NCBI GenBank assembly: GCA_964437495.1
Contig: CAYTGV010000001.1
Coordinates: 28,552 to 92,551 of the forward strand
Direction of reading: 5' to 3'
DNA from: an uncultured Planctomycetia bacterium
Lineage (GTDB): Bacteria > Omnitrophota > Gorgyraeia > B26-G9
DNA: 64,000 bases
The notes under the pieces are model-generated. The model searched no databases, was not told the DNA's origin, and saw nothing but the letters and a program-made list of their open reading frames with translations. Shown one piece after another: positions 1 through 9,143 of this stretch. The number at the start of each line of letters is the position of its first letter. The stretch's first letter is position 1. A program made the position numbers and the translations under genes.

Positions 1-413
1 TCCCCAAGTAAAAACCTGCCTCCCTGCCCTTAAATCCAACCAGCTGACCGGAGCTAAAGACAAATTCAATAAACGCCATTGGGCATTGGTTCTTCCGTTA
101 AAATATTCATCAACGGTAAAGTCGGCCTTAGCATCTATTGCCGTCCCCCAGTCTTCAAAAATAGAATTCCAGGATGGATAAAGTTTAGTTTTAAGCTGCA
201 GTCTCTGTTCAAACAAATTAAATTCATCCCGTTTCGTACTGTCATATCCAAGTTTAATGCCAAAATCATTTTCAACAAACCCGTTTATACGCGGTCCGTT
301 TTCCCCCAACTTAAAACCAGCATAAACAGGAGTCTGCGCAGTACATAAAATAGCAATCCCTATCAAGACACTCCAGGAGAAGACTCTGTCGAAAAATGTA
401 CAAATGTAAGGCA
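1..413 (-). CDS. Putative exported beta-barrel/porin-like protein; only the N-terminal ~137 aa are in the window, the gene continues past position 1
   Basis: Minus-strand frame reads MPYICTFFDRVFSWSVLIGIAILCTAQTPVYA|GFKLGENGPRINGFVENDFGIKLGYD... The start of this run looks like a signal peptide, followed by alternating hydrophobic/polar stretches and normal composition. The + strand ORF 79..348 in the track is K/F/I-rich and looks like an antisense artefact. Confidence 0.35.
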
Positions 414-503
414 TTCGCAAACAAGTGCGAAGGCGTACTTGCTGTACGCCGCACAAGTGAGTGAATGAATAACGCCACAGATGTGCGTTTTGCAACAGTG
501 TCT

Positions 504-1307
504 TTAATCTAACCATTTTCTCGGCGGCCTCCTTAAGTAACGCTCCGTAAACACCCCATCATCAATACCCAGGTCATACTCTATATTTGAAAAATCTATT
601 ACGGTTTTTGAGTTCGTCAACAAATCTTTTGCCTGAGATTTTACTACTGTAGGATGCCCCTGTATATCTTTTACCTCTAAAGCCGTTATAACCTTATATA
701 GTTTGCCTTTTTTATCATAGTACTCCGCCTTGACCGGCAGATAACTTTCTTTATTAATATAAATTTCAAAATAAGAAAATTCTACCTCATCTGCTTTCTT
801 CGGAGTATTCTTTATCTTATACATATCCCCTTCGCTTGAAACAAGCTCATGAGTATCCAATGTCAGGCCTCTGCCTGAGATATCCTCATAAACAAAATTG
901 CTTCCTACAAAACTTGACCGCTTATCACTTGCGGCAATTCTCCTTACAAGATCAAGCGCCGGCAAATACATCCATCGATCATCGTCTTTATCTATATACT
1001 TCCAAACCATGTACACCATATCTTGCACATCCACCGGTTTATTAAAATAAACATAATATTTCTGTTCCTTGCCGTCTTCAATATCAAAACGTAATATTGT
1101 AAACTCTCGAACCCTCTTTCTACCCTGATTATCTGTAATCGTCATCTTAACTTTTGCCCGTCCGTCATTACCTCCATAATAAGCAGTATTATTAGCCTTA
1201 GTTATTATCTCTTCAAGGGATTCCTCCGCAGATACTGTCCTCGTCAACCCAAGAAAAATAATCAAGCTAAAACAAATCAGCATTCCTAAAAAAATATTTT
1301 TTTTCAT
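504..1307 (-). CDS. LolA-like / outer-membrane lipoprotein-sorting-domain protein, partner of the adjacent MMPL exporter
   Basis: 267 aa with an N-terminal signal peptide (MKKNIFLGMLICFSLIIFLGLTRTVSA). Directly abuts the RND/MMPL exporter gene; this pairing is known from hopanoid-type (HpnN) MMPL loci. Confidence 0.5.
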   Translation of the reverse strand: MKKNIFLGMLICFSLIIFLGLTRTVSAEESLEEIITKANNTAYYGGNDGRAKVKMTITDNQGRKRVREFTILRFDIEDGKEQKYYVYFNKPVDVQDMVYMVWKYIDKDDDRWMYLPALDLVRRIAASDKRSSFVGSNFVYEDISGRGLTLDTHELVSSEGDMYKIKNTPKKADEVEFSYFEIYINKESYLPVKAEYYDKKGKLYKVITALEVKDIQGHPTVVKSQAKDLLTNSKTVIDFSNIEYDLGIDDGVFTERYLRRPPRKWLD

Positions 1308-3836
1308 TTACTCCTCCTTTTTATTTTCTATGAAACAGCCTGGGTATTCCGAAGCTTTAGAACAAACACCAGCCATTATACCTACAACTACAATACTTGC
1401 TATCAACGTTATACTCCATGAGATGTTTGTATAGCCACGTAGTATATATATAAGAGCCACTGATACAGCAACAGCAATAACCTGACAATATTGACAATTG
1501 CAAAGCATCTTTACCCCTTCTTTTTTTAAGATAACCTCAGGCAGCATAATCATGAGTGCCGGCAGAATAAATAATGTGGCAATACTTGAAACAAACATGA
1601 TCGTAAACATAAAAAAACCTACTGTTCGGTAAGGAATAAGCGGTGCCAGCAAAAGCGGCAGAAATCCAATAGCAATAACAAAAGCATTCCTGCTAATTGC
1701 CCGCGCAGGACCTTTAAACATCTTCTGCACAGTCTCTTGCAAGTTATTATTCTTTCCGTAAAGCACCCTTGCCCGTTCAATAAAATGGATAGCAAAATCT
1801 ATAGACAGCCCTAAGGTCAACGCGGAAAGAACAACAACCGGCATATCATAATCCTTGCCTATAAATCCCAGTAAACTGTAAATAAAAACTATAGTCAAAG
1901 TCAAGGGGATCATTGAGATCAGTCCCCGCAAAGGAGAACGGAACAAGAAAGTCATCATAAAAAACACGATAATAAAACTGCCGATAAAATTCATAAGCAT
2001 ACCAAAAACCATCTTGTTCTGCCAAACCACATTTATAAAAGTCAGCCCGGCCCAGTTATAACTAAGCTCAAAAGGCGGCTTATTTGCCTTTATAAAATCA
2101 TCTACCTGTTTAATAACCCTGCCCATATCCTTATTATCGCCGCTTTTAAGCTGAACCCAGATATTAATCTTTCCATAATCCGGAGTAGCCATATGCCAAA
2201 GATCATCCGGTTTATGAGAATTTTCATAAGATATAAGACATTGCGCAATAGCACGCTTTGTCTTAGGCATAACATTATTGGTTTTGTCTCCTCCCAGCAG
2301 CTCATAATAGACCTTCTTTACAATATCTGTCAGCGCTGTTGTTTTCCCTACATCGCCTTTCGCAAGAAGACTAGCCTGTAATTTTTCAACATACTTAAGC
2401 ATTTTGGGTTCAAGAAAAACCTCAGCCTTTTTATCTTTAGCCTCCAGAACAAGATAAGCCATATACGTACCAGCAAAATGTTTATTTAATATCCTGTCCG
2501 CTATCCTGATTGGATGATTTTTTTTGAACCAGCGCACCGGATTATCGTTAACATTAATTTTAGAAATTCCGTAGAATGAGATTATTGCCAATAAAATACT
2601 GCTTATAATTATGCCTTTATACCTTTTCAGAACAAATCTATGTATATTTTCAAGAACCTTATTCATTAAACCCTGCTGCGTGACACCATCTTTATTTTCA
2701 ATCTTGCAATTTTTAAATGATCTTTCTCTCATCAGCGCGATATAAGCCGGAATGAATGTTAAAGTCAGAAACCAGGCAATCATCACCCCAATAGAAACAA
2801 ATACTCCAAATGTCTGCACCGGAGGAATAGGTGAAAAAGACAAGGAAAAAAATCCCACTGCTGTCGTCAATGAGGTATAAAGCATGGGCGTAAACAGTTC
2901 ATTCATAACAGCGAAAATAGTGCTGCCCTTTTCTCCCGTAACCCTGTATTTATCCGAAAACTCGCTTAAAATATGGACAGAATTAAGTACGGCTATGGGC
3001 ATTAAGAAAATAGGGATCATCGAACTCATGATATGCACAGGAAACCCCAGGCCTATCAATAGTCCCATTGTCATAACAACTGTTGAAATAGCAAGAAGCA
3101 TGGGAGAGATTATTAAGGTAATACTCCGAAAGAAAAGAAACATAAGCAGAAAAATTATCAAACCAGCTAGGGGAGCGGACATGGCCATCTGTTTAAACAT
3201 TTCAACCCCAAATGTATCCTCAGCCACCGGTAAACCCGTAATATAATACTTTTCTTCCCCCTTGAACTGTTTTACAATATTATAGATATTCTGCGAAACC
3301 CTGTAGCTTATATTTTTTCGCTCTATAGGCACATAAACACATAAGGCCTTTCCATCTTCTGACACCATCGTTCCGTTGAACATAGGATTATCCAGAGCCT
3401 CATCCCTAAGAAGAAAGGCTTCTTTTTGTGTGCTCAATGGCCCTTTCATTAGCCATTCAAAGACTACCGAACCGACCATTCCCTGGCGAATATTATCCTT
3501 TGTCGACGGAGCAATTATTTCCCGCGCAATCACACCATCAATACTCTTTATGGCTTCGGTAAGTTCATATATTTTATTTAATGTCTCAACATTAAAGACC
3601 CCGTTATCGTCATGCTCATTAACTATCCCAACAACAATAAAATCATAAATAGCAAATTCTTTTTTTACTTTGTGATGAAAAACCCTGGCAAATTCAGTTT
3701 CAGAAAGCATGTTTTCCGGGTCAGTATCGACTTTTATCTTCGAAAACTGGAACAAAGCAATACCAATTAGAAATATAGTAATCGCCATGATAGTCTTCGG
3801 ACGGTTAAAAGAAAACTTAATTATATTCTTGAACAT
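1308..3836 (-). CDS. MMPL/RND-superfamily exporter (COG1033-type)
   Basis: 842 aa with two bundles of about 6 TM helices separated by large soluble loops, typical of MMPL/RND predicted exporters. Start ATG at 3836 is preceded by a G9 run in the ribosome-binding site. Confidence 0.8.
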   Translation of the reverse strand: MFKNIIKFSFNRPKTIMAITIFLIGIALFQFSKIKVDTDPENMLSETEFARVFHHKVKKEFAIYDFIVVGIVNEHDDNGVFNVETLNKIYELTEAIKSIDGVIAREIIAPSTKDNIRQGMVGSVVFEWLMKGPLSTQKEAFLLRDEALDNPMFNGTMVSEDGKALCVYVPIERKNISYRVSQNIYNIVKQFKGEEKYYITGLPVAEDTFGVEMFKQMAMSAPLAGLIIFLLMFLFFRSITLIISPMLLAISTVVMTMGLLIGLGFPVHIMSSMIPIFLMPIAVLNSVHILSEFSDKYRVTGEKGSTIFAVMNELFTPMLYTSLTTAVGFFSLSFSPIPPVQTFGVFVSIGVMIAWFLTLTFIPAYIALMRERSFKNCKIENKDGVTQQGLMNKVLENIHRFVLKRYKGIIISSILLAIISFYGISKINVNDNPVRWFKKNHPIRIADRILNKHFAGTYMAYLVLEAKDKKAEVFLEPKMLKYVEKLQASLLAKGDVGKTTALTDIVKKVYYELLGGDKTNNVMPKTKRAIAQCLISYENSHKPDDLWHMATPDYGKINIWVQLKSGDNKDMGRVIKQVDDFIKANKPPFELSYNWAGLTFINVVWQNKMVFGMLMNFIGSFIIVFFMMTFLFRSPLRGLISMIPLTLTIVFIYSLLGFIGKDYDMPVVVLSALTLGLSIDFAIHFIERARVLYGKNNNLQETVQKMFKGPARAISRNAFVIAIGFLPLLLAPLIPYRTVGFFMFTIMFVSSIATLFILPALMIMLPEVILKKEGVKMLCNCQYCQVIAVAVSVALIYILRGYTNISWSITLIASIVVVGIMAGVCSKASEYPGCFIENKKEE

Positions 3837-3841
3837 TCCTA

Positions 3842-3850
3842 CCCCCCCCC
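3842..3850 (-). repeat. Homopolymeric C9 (G9 on the coding strand) tract inside the ribosome-binding site of the MMPL exporter
   Basis: Minus strand reads AAGGGGGGGGGTAGGA-ATG. This is the only G/C homopolymer of 8 or more in a roughly 35% GC window. Confidence 0.7.
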
Positions 3851-4012
3851 TTAAAGGATTAGATGAATTTAAAAAAATGCACTGCTTTTAAACATACAAA
3901 TATATATTTATATTAATGATTTGTTTTTAAAGTAAACATACCGCTTTAACATTAAAATATTGTTTATTATTATATTATTGCGCTTCTTATTGTCAATACA
4001 ATATTATCTTGA

Positions 4013-4246
4013 TCATACCGCGATTAAACAGCTATCAATCTTCGGCTGATCAAATCCAATAATAACAGTACCATCTATATCAATTACAGACACCCCCATC
4101 TGACCAGAAAGTTTAATCATTTCCTCTGCTTTAGTTTTATCGATGGAAACATCAATTGATTAATATGCTATGCCTTTTGAAGAAAAATACTTTTTAGCCA
4201 TTGTACAGTAAAGACAAGTTGGCATTGAATAAATTTTCACCTCCAT
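4013..4246 (-). pseudogene. Glutaredoxin-like (NrdH/Grx thioredoxin-fold) gene with an in-frame TAA at 4160..4162
   Basis: A single frame reads MEVKIYSMPTCLYCTMAKKYFSSKGIAY-*-SIDVSIDKTKAEEMIKLSGQMGVSVIDIDGTVIIGFDQPKIDSCLIAV. It has the CxxC redox motif and Grx-family hallmarks (a C-terminal ...VIDIDG...GFD... block), and GGAG lies about 8 nt upstream of the ATG. Homologues usually have E or K where the stop falls. Confidence 0.55.
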
Positions 4247-4281
4247 ATATCACTCCTCTTCTAAAAGACATAAAACGAATA

Positions 4282-4764
4282 TTAATTTGTTATTTTTTTT
4301 CTAAACTCTGTCAATACTATGACATGCCTTTTTTCTTCTCTTATAATACTATCCAGCAACTCTTTCTTATCATCTAACACATATTCCTTTAATGCTGTGT
4401 AGACAAGTATTGATTCTTTTTCTATCTGTAATCCAAAATCCAAAGCCTCCAGAGTACTCGCAAACAATTCCTCTGTTTTTCTCTTTATTAACTCAGGGGT
4501 GAATATATAAGTCACAGCTATTGCTTCTAAATAAGCATCATAATCTCCCACACCAAATTCTTTAATGAAATAATCTCCAGAGCTCTCAAGCATCTTTTTA
4601 AATCTGCTTTGATGGCCTATTTCCTGCTCTTTTAAAAACTTCCAAACAGACTTTATTTTTTTGTCCTCTGCCTTTTCTTCAAGCTTAGCGTAAAGCTACT
4701 CGCCATTTTCCTCTACCTTCAAAGCAATATCAAGAATTTCCTGCGGACTCCAATTATTATTCAT
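4282..4764 (-). pseudogene. Ferritin-like / rubrerythrin-family diiron protein with an in-frame TAG at 4696..4698
   Basis: A single frame reads MNNNWSPQEILDIALKVEENGE-*-LYAKLEEKAEDKKIKSVWKFLKEQEIGHQSRFKKMLESSGDYF...EKRHVIVLTEF. It has two E..H diiron-type motifs. The track ORF 4282..4593 is only the part after the stop; same frame, no frameshift. Confidence 0.55.
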
Positions 4765-4774
4765 CTTTGCTCCT

Positions 4775-5953
4775 TTATCCGGATATTAACTGTTTTATTT
4801 TACTGACCACACCCTTTAGGCCCTCAAGATCACTCTCATCCGGAACAAACTGCATATAAATCCCATCTTCTATAATCTGCATACCTGCCTCTTTTAATCC
4901 CTCTTCAAGCTCTTTAAATCCTATCTTTGCCCAGCCATATGAACCAAAGCTAAGCGCAAACCTGTTTTTAGGCTTTAATCCCTTTAAGTAAGTCAGGAAT
5001 CCACCCATGCTCGGCAATATCTGATTATTAAGGATAGCACTTCCCAAAAGGACAACCTTTGATCTCATAACTTCTGTTATCGCATCTGAGAAATCCGATG
5101 TTTTTAAACTAAGCTTTACAACAGGAATACCTTCCCTGTCAAGCAAATCACCTAATTCAAAAGCAATCTTTTCCGTAGAATGCCACATAGTATCATAAAT
5201 AATGACCGCTCTGTTATCAGACTCGTAGTTTGCCCATTTTTTGTAAAGTTGTAATATTTTTTTTATATTTTCTTGTTTTTTCCAAATCAGTCCGTGAGAC
5301 GGACATATCATTTTAATATCCAGGGATTTTAAAGCCTCAAGCACCTTAAGAACCTGCGCTCCGTAAGGCATCACAATATTAGCATAATACTTTGCTGCTG
5401 CCTCAAAAACTATATCCGCTCCAACCTCATGGACATAACGCTCAGAGCTTGCATGATGCTGACCGAAAGCATCGTTAGGGAACAAGATCGAATCATCCGG
5501 CGAATAGGTTGCCATTGAATCAGGCCAATGCACCATGGGCATCAGAAAAAACTTCAATATCCTTCTGCCTATTTTTAGCTCATCGCCAGTATTGACAACT
5601 TTAAACTTCCAATCTTTCTTAAAATGCCTCTTTAGCCCCTTTTCCCCAGCCAGAGAACACACGACCTCTGCCTTAGGACAAAGCTCAAGCATCTTTTCAA
5701 TGCATCCAGAATGGTCCATTTCAGTATGATTTGAGATTATATACTCTATCTTCGAGGGATCAATAACCGCTTTGATCCTAGAGGCCATCTCATCAAAACC
5801 ATAATGCTTTACAGTATCTATCAATGTCGGCTTTTCATCAACAATAAGATAGGCATTATAAGTGGATCCAGTAGGAGTGGAATACCCGTGAAAATTACGC
5901 AGTTCCCAATCAATATCCCCAACCCAATAGATATCTTTTTTTATCTCTGTCAT
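4775..5953 (-). CDS. Flavodiiron protein (rubredoxin:oxygen oxidoreductase / FprA family)
   Basis: 392 aa with an N-terminal metallo-beta-lactamase-like diiron domain (HWPDSMATYSPDDSILFPNDAFGQHHAS) and a C-terminal flavodoxin-like domain. Confidence 0.9.
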   Translation of the reverse strand: MTEIKKDIYWVGDIDWELRNFHGYSTPTGSTYNAYLIVDEKPTLIDTVKHYGFDEMASRIKAVIDPSKIEYIISNHTEMDHSGCIEKMLELCPKAEVVCSLAGEKGLKRHFKKDWKFKVVNTGDELKIGRRILKFFLMPMVHWPDSMATYSPDDSILFPNDAFGQHHASSERYVHEVGADIVFEAAAKYYANIVMPYGAQVLKVLEALKSLDIKMICPSHGLIWKKQENIKKILQLYKKWANYESDNRAVIIYDTMWHSTEKIAFELGDLLDREGIPVVKLSLKTSDFSDAITEVMRSKVVLLGSAILNNQILPSMGGFLTYLKGLKPKNRFALSFGSYGWAKIGFKELEEGLKEAGMQIIEDGIYMQFVPDESDLEGLKGVVSKIKQLISG

Positions 5954-5981
5954 TTGAATTCCTCTTAAAAGTTTCTTTGGT

Positions 5982-6122
5982 TTATTTTACTTCCTTAAAC
6001 TGATCTTTGCCTACCCCGCAATCAGGACAAACCCAGTCGTCCGCAAGCGCCTCAAAAGCCACATTATTATTCTCTGCCGGGTCATAAATATATCCGCAAA
6101 CTATACATTCAAATTTTTTCAT
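5982..6122 (-). CDS. rub: Rubredoxin
   Basis: [19 protein letters not shown]...[19 protein letters not shown] has two CxxCG knuckles. Internal start of track ORF 5982..6206, with GGAGG upstream. Confidence 0.9.
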   Translation of the reverse strand: MKKFECIVCGYIYDPAENNNVAFEALADDWVCPDCGVGKDQFKEVK

Positions 6123-6136
6123 ATTTCCTCCTTTAA

Positions 6137-6457
6137 TTATTTTATCAAACCGCTTAACATGCTCACCAGCTTTTCCTTTGGGACCACCCCCACTGACTCT
6201 CCGCAAACCTGTCCCTTATTAAAAATCAAAACCGTGGGAATACTCATCACTCCATATCGAGTTGCTACATCAGGAGCATCATCAACATTCAATTTACAGA
6301 TCTTTACTTTTCCATTATATTCATTAGCCATTTCATCTATAAGCGGTGTTAATATACGACAGGGACTGCACCATTGGGCCCAAAAATCTATAAGCACCGG
6401 AATGTCTGATTTAATAACTTCTTGTTCAAAATTTTCTGTACTTAGCGCTAAAGCCAT
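6137..6457 (-). CDS. trxA: Thioredoxin (variant WCSPC active site)
   Basis: 106 aa with thioredoxin-fold signature ...[13 protein letters not shown]... and ...[14 protein letters not shown]... Confidence 0.85.
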   Translation of the reverse strand: MALALSTENFEQEVIKSDIPVLIDFWAQWCSPCRILTPLIDEMANEYNGKVKICKLNVDDAPDVATRYGVMSIPTVLIFNKGQVCGESVGVVPKEKLVSMLSGLIK

Positions 6458-6619
6458 TCTTTTGCTTCCTCCTTATTTTTAAGATTTTAGAACAAATTAA
6501 TATCCTATTTTGCCAGCTCATATATTTTATCTTCTATTAATTCAGCATCTTTTTCTTCTTCAATCAGCAAATTTAAAAACATTTCACGCGCAACAAGCTG
6601 TTCCTAATCCAGGCGCTGA

Positions 6620-6650
6620 TAAAGATCATGCGCCTGCCTATCCTTATGAG
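6620..6650 (-). terminator. Putative stem-loop terminator downstream of the SOR gene
   Basis: Inverted repeat caggcgc...gcgcctg with a T-run nearby on the minus strand, lying between the sor stop (6662) and the trx start (6457). Confidence 0.3.
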
Positions 6651-6661
6651 AATAGCCTTAT

Positions 6662-7057
6662 TTATACAACTGTTATTTTTTTTGTGCTTTCCCACAAACC
6701 GTGTATATTACAATAACTGATTGCAATCAAGCTACCTGATTTTTCTGTTTTTATAGTCAAATTTACTGATGGCTGTGTATATATACCGCTTGTATTAGCT
6801 CCCTGCGCCGATGCCCCATGTGAAGCTAGCTCTGTACGCGCGATTTGATATGGAAATTTCTCTCCATCTGCCAGAAAATATACTGAAATCCAAGCGATAT
6901 GATGCTCTGAAGTATTGGGATGCGCTATTTCTTTACCAACCGTTATATTAAAATCCAAAGCATCTCCCTTTTTGATATTATCTGCTGATTCTATTGCCGG
7001 CACATGCTTTTCTGTTTTCCAATCTGCACTTTGAACCAGATCTTTTGCAATGGTCAT
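6662..7057 (-). CDS. sor: Superoxide reductase, 1Fe neelaredoxin/desulfoferrodoxin class
   Basis: 131 aa with EKHVPAIE, HPNTSEHHIAWISVYF and CNIHGLWES motifs (the His4-Cys iron ligand pattern of SORs). Confidence 0.85.
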   Translation of the reverse strand: MTIAKDLVQSADWKTEKHVPAIESADNIKKGDALDFNITVGKEIAHPNTSEHHIAWISVYFLADGEKFPYQIARTELASHGASAQGANTSGIYTQPSVNLTIKTEKSGSLIAISYCNIHGLWESTKKITVV

Positions 7058-7073
7058 TTAATACCTCCTTTTG

Positions 7074-7577
7074 TTAGAACTTTTTGAACATTTCCTTTTT
7101 AACGCCGCAAATAGGGCAAAAATCCGGATATTCGTTTTCTGCTGTAAATCCGCAAACAGGACACACATAGAAATCTACTGAATCGATATCCTTATTCGCA
7201 TCTACAGCAACTTTTGTTTTCTTATACATAGTCTCATGGATTTTTTCAGCCTCAAGCGCATAATGAGCTGACCTTGCTGCATTTTTTTCCCCCTGCTTTT
7301 CAGCCTCAGCCAAATAGGCAGGATACATTTCCTCTACCTCAAAATGTTCTCCGCTTATAGCCACCGGCAGATTATCCACACTTGTTCCAATGCCGCCAAA
7401 AACTTTTAGATGATTGCCAGCGTGAACTCGCTCTGCATAGGCTATGGCCCGGAAAAGCCTGGCCACATTCAGTTTACCTTCTTTTTCTGCTATATCAGCG
7501 AATATAAGATATTTCATATGCGCCTGCGATTCTCCAGAAAAAGCATTTTGCAAATTTTGTTTCGTCATTTCATGCAT
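7074..7577 (-). CDS. rbr: Rubrerythrin
   Basis: 167 aa with an N-terminal ferritin-like diiron domain (E..H pairs) and a C-terminal rubredoxin-like CPVCG...CPICG. Confidence 0.9.
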   Translation of the reverse strand: MHEMTKQNLQNAFSGESQAHMKYLIFADIAEKEGKLNVARLFRAIAYAERVHAGNHLKVFGGIGTSVDNLPVAISGEHFEVEEMYPAYLAEAEKQGEKNAARSAHYALEAEKIHETMYKKTKVAVDANKDIDSVDFYVCPVCGFTAENEYPDFCPICGVKKEMFKKF

Positions 7578-7642
7578 AATTTTCTCCCTTCAATGAGCAT
7601 ATCACTTAAGGAACAAAGTAACTTAAGCGATATATGCGAATT

Positions 7643-7697
7643 AACCCCGCCATGGCGGGGTTGATCCCCCCGCCTGTTTTGCCCTTGCAAAACAGGC
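7643..7697 (-). terminator. Two tandem GC-rich hairpins between the regulator-reductase operon and rbr
   Basis: aaccccgccatggcggggtt is a perfect 20-nt palindrome at 7643..7662. gcctgttttgc-cctt-gcaaaacaggc is an 11-bp stem at 7672..7697. Both lie just 3' of the stop of gene 7716..8426. Confidence 0.5.
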
Positions 7698-7715
7698 AGA
7701 TATTATCACTACATT

Positions 7716-8426
7716 CTAATAACCTATGAAATTTTCCGCCATTATCCAATTTTTATCACAGCCTGATTCAACACATAAGTCTTTCATGGCCTTGACCATA
7801 ACCGGTGGACCGTAAATAAAAAATCGCCTTGCCGTTAAATCCTGCAACCGGCCGCTTAACAATTCGCCAGATATATGCCCATGCACGCATATATCATCTT
7901 TAGGCTCGCAATCAGTAACCGTATATACAACCTGCATATTTTCATTAAGCCTGTTCCAGGAATCAAGTTCCCGCCTAAAGGCAATCTCCTCCTTATTTCG
8001 ATTCGAATAAAAAAGAATTATGTCTATACCCAGTTTTTTTTCCATAATATATTCCAGAATAGAAATAACCGGGGTAATGCCAATGCCTCCGATAAGAAAT
8101 CCTATCTTTTTATAATCTTCTTTAAATATACAGTTTCCCATCGGCCCCTGCATTAAAAGACTATCTCCTAGCTTTAATCCTTTCAGTCTTGCCGAAAAAG
8201 AACTCTCGCTCAAGCGCTTTGTAACCTCAACATAGTCCTTCTCAGGTGAGACTGAAAAAGAAAGATATTTATTAAGATCTTTATTCTGCAGAGCTTTATC
8301 ATCAAAAACAACTTTCACAAACTGCCCGGGCGCAAAAGTAATCTTTTCACTGGTTTTAAAACAAAAACTCTCCACGCTCGGAGTCCTTTTAATCCTTTGA
8401 ATTAGTTCTGCGGAAAATGTATTCAA
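7716..8426 (-). CDS. FNR-like FAD/NAD(P)-binding oxidoreductase (ferredoxin-NADP reductase family), candidate NAD(P)H:rubredoxin-side reductase
   Basis: 236 aa with an FAD-binding barrel (QFVKVVF...YLSFSVSP) and an NAD-binding Rossmann domain (GFLIGGIGITPV). Overlaps the upstream regulator gene by 4 bp. Confidence 0.7.
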   Translation of the reverse strand: MNTFSAELIQRIKRTPSVESFCFKTSEKITFAPGQFVKVVFDDKALQNKDLNKYLSFSVSPEKDYVEVTKRLSESSFSARLKGLKLGDSLLMQGPMGNCIFKEDYKKIGFLIGGIGITPVISILEYIMEKKLGIDIILFYSNRNKEEIAFRRELDSWNRLNENMQVVYTVTDCEPKDDICVHGHISGELLSGRLQDLTARRFFIYGPPVMVKAMKDLCVESGCDKNWIMAENFIGY

Positions 8427-8866
8427 CTCTCAGCTCTTCCTTTATTTTCACTATTAACAGCCCCAACCCGGCACTCACGGCAAATACCGTAAAAATATCC
8501 CTGAAGTTCCTGGATCACATGCCCGTCTACCTCGGATCTCTGCAGAGTCAGACAGAGAGGTATATCAACATCAAAAACTTTTTTGCATTTTTTACAATAG
8601 AAATGATGGTGAGCATCCATTCTGCTATCATAGCATGATTTATCAAAATTAATTCTTATCTCTCTCGCCAAATTTTTCTTACCGTAAAGCTCTAAAATAG
8701 TATAAATTGTAGCCAAAGAAATAGCCGGAAATTTATCTTTCATTTTCCTGTAAATCTCATCAACAGTCAAGTGCTTATTTGTATTGCACAATAGATCATA
8801 AACTCCCAGCCTTTGAGGAGTAATACGAATGCCTTTTTCTTTAAGTATTGCGATTTTATCTTTCAT
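8423..8866 (-). CDS. Fur-family transcriptional regulator (PerR-like peroxide sensor)
   Basis: 147 aa with an N-terminal winged helix and C-terminal HHHFYCKKC...CRECR metal sites. First gene of the oxidative-stress island, with a Fur/Per box upstream. Confidence 0.8.
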   Translation of the reverse strand: MKDKIAILKEKGIRITPQRLGVYDLLCNTNKHLTVDEIYRKMKDKFPAISLATIYTILELYGKKNLAREIRINFDKSCYDSRMDAHHHFYCKKCKKVFDVDIPLCLTLQRSEVDGHVIQELQGYFYGICRECRVGAVNSENKGRAES

Positions 8867-8915
8867 AGAAATATAATGTAATATATTGCTTAGGGCTTGT
8901 CAATAATTATTTTTA

Positions 8916-8934
8916 TATAATAATCATTATTATA
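8916..8934. promoter_or_regulatory. Fur/PerR-box-like 9-1-9 inverted repeat upstream of the Fur-family gene
   Basis: TATAATAAT-C-ATTATTATA sits about 32-50 nt upstream of ATG 8866. It matches the Fur box core (GATAATGATAATCATTATC) and the Per box (TTATAATNATTATAA). Confidence 0.6.
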
Positions 8935-9043
8935 AGAAGAACTTCCATGTAGCTTGCCCCCTAGACATAACGATCTGAAAAAAAAGAAGTTATGTATTTA
9001 AGATTTTATTTCAATTTAAATAAATATTTATTTTGCTTGTTCA

Positions 9044-9072
9044 TTGATATTCTCTTTAACGTATGGTATACT
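9044..9072 (+). promoter_or_regulatory. Sigma70-like promoter for the 9144 gene
   Basis: TTGATA-17 nt-TATACT, followed by a leader of about 70 nt. Confidence 0.45.
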
Positions 9073-9143
9073 TTATTACTCATTTTTCATATCCTTTTCT
9101 CAGGGGATTAAAGGGCAAAATTAAACATTAAAAACGGGGACAT

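Noticed and set aside
79-348. Plus-strand 89-aa ORF at the window start
   Set aside because: K/F/I-rich composition typical of an antisense frame. The minus strand here encodes a plausible signal-peptide protein.
427-452. Short GC hairpin (ggcgtac-ttgct-gtacgcc) after the LolA-like gene
   Set aside because: Stem of only 7 bp with no clear U-tract; not strong enough to call a terminator.
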